Source: Prochloraceae cyanobacterium PL24a_bin.78 (lineage in GTDB: Bacteria > Cyanobacteriota > Cyanobacteriia > Cyanobacteriales > JANQIW01). Taken from it: a stretch of DNA of 30,371 bases. Position 1 is the first letter of the stretch. Every line of letters begins with the position of its first letter. The translations under genes were made by a program, and so were the position numbers. A model generated the notes under the pieces. The model was not told the origin of the DNA. It was given only the letters and a program-made list of their open reading frames with translations, and searched no databases. Of this stretch, positions 27,370 through 30,371 are shown piece after piece. The stretch spans positions 1-30,371 of the forward strand of contig JANQIW010000095.1 of assembly GCA_028281945.1 (NCBI GenBank), written 5' to 3'.

Positions 27370-28857
27370 TTAATTGGGCAAAATAGATGTTAAATCTAAA
27401 TGGGTTTCTACTATATTGGCAATATTATCTAAAAGATCTTCTCTTCGATCGCGATAATTGACGATTCCAGTGGGAAGAGTAGGCAATCCTCGTTTAAGAC
27501 GTAGATAATTTAACCAGAGACGTCGCCAAGGGCCGTTATCAAATAAACCATGAAGATAACATCCCCAGATAGATTTTGATTGATTCACTAATCCTAAATT
27601 AGGATCTGAGAACATGGGATGACAAGTATAATTGGTATCTAATGTATTATTATCGATCATTTGGGTAAATCCTTGATGGATTTCATAACCATCTATTGGT
27701 AAACCTGTTTGGGGATAGGATGAAAAAACTTGTCTTTGACGTGAAATCTTATTTTCCATAATTGTAGTTTTTATCGGTAGTAAATCTAATCCAGTGTGAT
27801 TTTTAATCCTCCCTTCAAGTAGATTAGGATCTAATAATTCTTTACCTAAGATTTGATAACCACCACAAATACCGATAATTGTTCCTCCTGCGGCTACATA
27901 ATTTTTCAATTGTTCTGCCATTCCGCTTTCCTTTAAACGTACCATGTCGGAAATGGTGGTTTTAGAACCGGGAATTATGACCGCATCAGGATGTCCTAAA
28001 TTTTCCTTCAATCCTAAATATTCTAGTAATACTGATGTTTCAGCTTCTAAAGGATCGAAATCTGTAAAATTAGAAATATAAGGTAAGCGAATTACGACAA
28101 TTCTAAGATCATAGTTAGTTTTACTAGTTCTTCTTTCAAGCAAATCTAAGGAGTCTTCTGCTGGAAATAAATTTTCACTCCAAGGGATAACCCCAATTAC
28201 AGGAACTCCAGTAAAGTTTTCTAACCAAGTAATTCCTGGATCTAAGAGTGATTTATCTCCTCGAAATTTGTTAATGACAATACCTTTAATAAGGGCGCGT
28301 TCATCTTCTTCTAATAAAGCCAAAGTTCCCACCACATGGGCAAAAGCACCACCACGATCGATATCCACTATCAAGATGGAAGGAGCGTTAAGATATTTAG
28401 CCACTCGCATATTACTTAAATCCCGATGCTTCAGATTAATTTCAGCAGGGCTGCCTGCGCCTTCACAAACCAGTAAATCAAAATCTGTTTCCAAGGAAGA
28501 GATTGACTCGGTAATGGCTTGCCAACCTTTATGGAAATATTCCTCGTAATACTGATGGGCGGTAGTAAATCCAGCTACTTCTCCTTTAATAATTACCTGA
28601 GAAGTCATATTTCCTTGGGGTTTAAGCAAAATAGGATTCATTTCTACTCTAGGTGTAACACAAGCAGCCCATGCTTGAACGGCTTGTGCATAACCGATTT
28701 CCCCTCCTGTGGGGGTTACATAGGCATTTAATGCCATATTTTGGGCTTTAAAGGGTGCTACTTGCCAACCTTTTCTAGAAACAATTCGACACAATGCTGC
28801 TGTTAAAAAGGATTTTCCAGCATGAGATGTGGTTCCTACTACCATTATTGCTTTCAT
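27370..28857 (-). CDS. cobQ: Cobyric acid synthase (CobQ/CbiP)
   Basis: 495 aa. N-terminal P-loop 'MVVGTTSHAGKSFLTAALC' and C-terminal glutamine amidotransferase 'GICGGYQILG...H' are both present. Confidence 0.9.
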   Translation of the reverse strand: MKAIMVVGTTSHAGKSFLTAALCRIVSRKGWQVAPFKAQNMALNAYVTPTGGEIGYAQAVQAWAACVTPRVEMNPILLKPQGNMTSQVIIKGEVAGFTTAHQYYEEYFHKGWQAITESISSLETDFDLLVCEGAGSPAEINLKHRDLSNMRVAKYLNAPSILIVDIDRGGAFAHVVGTLALLEEDERALIKGIVINKFRGDKSLLDPGITWLENFTGVPVIGVIPWSENLFPAEDSLDLLERRTSKTNYDLRIVVIRLPYISNFTDFDPLEAETSVLLEYLGLKENLGHPDAVIIPGSKTTISDMVRLKESGMAEQLKNYVAAGGTIIGICGGYQILGKELLDPNLLEGRIKNHTGLDLLPIKTTIMENKISRQRQVFSSYPQTGLPIDGYEIHQGFTQMIDNNTLDTNYTCHPMFSDPNLGLVNQSKSIWGCYLHGLFDNGPWRRLWLNYLRLKRGLPTLPTGIVNYRDRREDLLDNIANIVETHLDLTSILPN

Positions 28858-29156
28858 TGATTCGATCCCATAACGACAGATTTCAATTCTAACGAACCAT
28901 GTTCAATTTTGTTAAAGTTTGATTAATTATTTTTTTACTTTTTTCTTAAGCTTATTGTACTACGAGGTTAATTTGATCGTTGATTTGATAAACATTGAAT
29001 GAGTTTTTAAACTTTGGAAATCATCAAGTATTTCGTTGGTTTTTCCTTAGCTTTTCCTTGGTTTTTCCAAGAATACTATTTATAATGGAAATGGTAGATA
29101 TTATTATCAATTTTGGAATTCTAAAATATCCTCAATAGAATGATTAATGGGATAAA

Positions 29157-29606
29157 GTGATGATTGAAAAAATTAAAGAAAAACTAAGCTTGACTTCTGG
29201 GCCTTCATGGAAGTCTTTTGAACAATTTCGCAGTGAAGGTGCAAAAGCTCTATCTCCTGTTCAAAAAGGCAAAGTTGCAATACTTCAGACTAAAACAGGT
29301 CAATATCGTATTCTTGAAGAAAGTGATTTTCAAAGACTTTATGGTTTGGCCAGAGATGTTGAGCGAATTCAAGGAGGTTTACGAATGGTTTATAAAGCTG
29401 TTCGGGCAGTTAAAAAAAATCAAGACGAGGAAACTATGGAAGTTTTGATGGAAAGTATCAATTTATTGGGTAATTTCCCTGAACTTCCAACACGAAGTAC
29501 TTGGGATGATCTTACTCCTGAAGATCTCGATTCAACTGTTGATGATGATGATGAAGTAATTCTTACTCCTGAAGATATTGAAAGTCCATTGGTTGAAGCT
29601 AATTAA
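29157..29606 (+). CDS. Hypothetical protein with a Phd/YefM-like antitoxin core and an acidic C-terminal tail
   Basis: 149 aa. 'SPVQKGKVAILQTKTGQYRILEESDFQRL' resembles the Phd/YefM beta-strand region and ESEYERL-type motif. The tail is strongly acidic ('DDLTPEDLDSTVDDDDEVILTPEDIESP'). The assignment is tentative. Confidence 0.4.
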   Translation: MMIEKIKEKLSLTSGPSWKSFEQFRSEGAKALSPVQKGKVAILQTKTGQYRILEESDFQRLYGLARDVERIQGGLRMVYKAVRAVKKNQDEETMEVLMESINLLGNFPELPTRSTWDDLTPEDLDSTVDDDDEVILTPEDIESPLVEAN

Positions 29607-29635
29607 TCGTAATTAGGGAGATTGTTTCAATACAA

Positions 29636-30319
29636 ATGGCAGAAAATTTAGGAGATTTAGAAAGTAAATTGAAGGATCTTTCTCATGACGATAGTGCTCT
29701 TGAAATCATTAGAGAGTTTCCTAGAAATTTAGGTAAGACAAAAGCTAAACAAAAAGTTTTTAATGCTAAAGATGCTTTGATTCGTCATCCTATTTTTTAT
29801 CAAGATTTATTAGATCGCAATCTAATTAAGGAAGAAGAAGATCCTTTTATTTTACTTCAAGGAGATATCATTAGCACTGATAGTGCCTACTTTATGGGAG
29901 AGCGTTTAATAGATATGAAATTTGCTATTGCTAGTTCTACTTGTGATTTAGTGCCTAAACGCCGTAATTATGCCGCACTTTTAAGGTTGAAACCAATTAC
30001 TCAAGAAAGTCCTAATGTTAAACAAGTATTAGGAGAGTTATTAAGTTTTAAATCGACTAAACGTATGTATCTCCCACCTTTACCAAATGATGCTGATGAT
30101 GTAATTGCTAATGCTTTACTTTTTGATGGAATAGTACAGATTAAATTAGAAGATTTATTGATGGCAACACGAATTGCATCCCTTAGTTTAGTTGGATGGC
30201 GAATATTTGGTTCTATTGTTCGCAATATTATGGTGAGGGCAGGTGATTCTGAGGTGGTAATGAGACAAAGTAATACTCAGATCTTGCACCTGATTAAACA
30301 TAAATCAAAACCATGTTGA
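29636..30319 (+). CDS. Hypothetical protein, unknown family (candidate partner or toxin of the 29157 gene)
   Basis: 227 aa. SD 'agggag' sits 12 nt upstream. Lies 29 bp after the previous gene. I recognised no known domain. Confidence 0.45.
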   Translation: MAENLGDLESKLKDLSHDDSALEIIREFPRNLGKTKAKQKVFNAKDALIRHPIFYQDLLDRNLIKEEEDPFILLQGDIISTDSAYFMGERLIDMKFAIASSTCDLVPKRRNYAALLRLKPITQESPNVKQVLGELLSFKSTKRMYLPPLPNDADDVIANALLFDGIVQIKLEDLLMATRIASLSLVGWRIFGSIVRNIMVRAGDSEVVMRQSNTQILHLIKHKSKPC

Positions 30320-30371
30320 TTTAACCAAGGGATTAATGTTATTAACTGTTTAAAAAGTGCTCGAAATAAAA

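Noticed and set aside
28858-29156. Possible cobalamin riboswitch in the cobQ leader
   Set aside because: No B12-box-like sequence, and the region is AT-rich without the expected GC-rich paired elements. I could not run a covariance-model scan.

Overview
This window looks like chromosomal DNA from an AT-rich unicellular cyanobacterium. The background is about 30% GC with a few patches above 40%. Three things point to cyanobacteria: one HIP1 octamer (GCGATCGC) at 3312-3319, a Uma2/DUF820 gene, and genes for a pentapeptide-repeat protein and a GUN4-domain protein.

Housekeeping genes are the dnaB helicase, galE, a two-domain PPK2 polyphosphate kinase, cobQ followed by a small 2Fe-2S ferredoxin-like gene, tRNA-Val(GAC), and glycosyltransferases.

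The accessory content is denser than usual:
- A HigB/HigA-like toxin-antitoxin pair with a strong GC anomaly next to tRNA-Val.
- A Uma2 endonuclease gene broken by a single in-frame TAA.
- An RNB-family exoribonuclease with no cold-shock or S1 domains but two C-terminal dsRNA-binding motifs, sitting 8 bp from dnaB.
- A four-gene minus-strand cluster (10294-16579): a coiled-coil/GUN4 protein, an SPFH/flotillin-like protein fused to a vWA domain, a secreted TPR-like protein, and a membrane Ser/Thr kinase homologue whose catalytic HRD reads HGN (a predicted pseudokinase), followed by a zinc ribbon.
- A pentapeptide-repeat gene with a truncated duplicate and two paralogous ~66-aa proteins.
- A degenerate PIN-like pseudogene next to a GC-rich acquired gene.
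- An IS6-type transposase relic fused in frame to a SAR-type lambda-R-like lysozyme.
- A terminal two-gene module that looks like a Phd/YefM-type antitoxin plus an unknown partner.

I found no CRISPR array, no rRNA, and no intact IS element. The best candidate for a previously undescribed system is the GUN4 / SPFH-vWA / TPR / pseudokinase cluster. The 29157-30319 pair is a second candidate.
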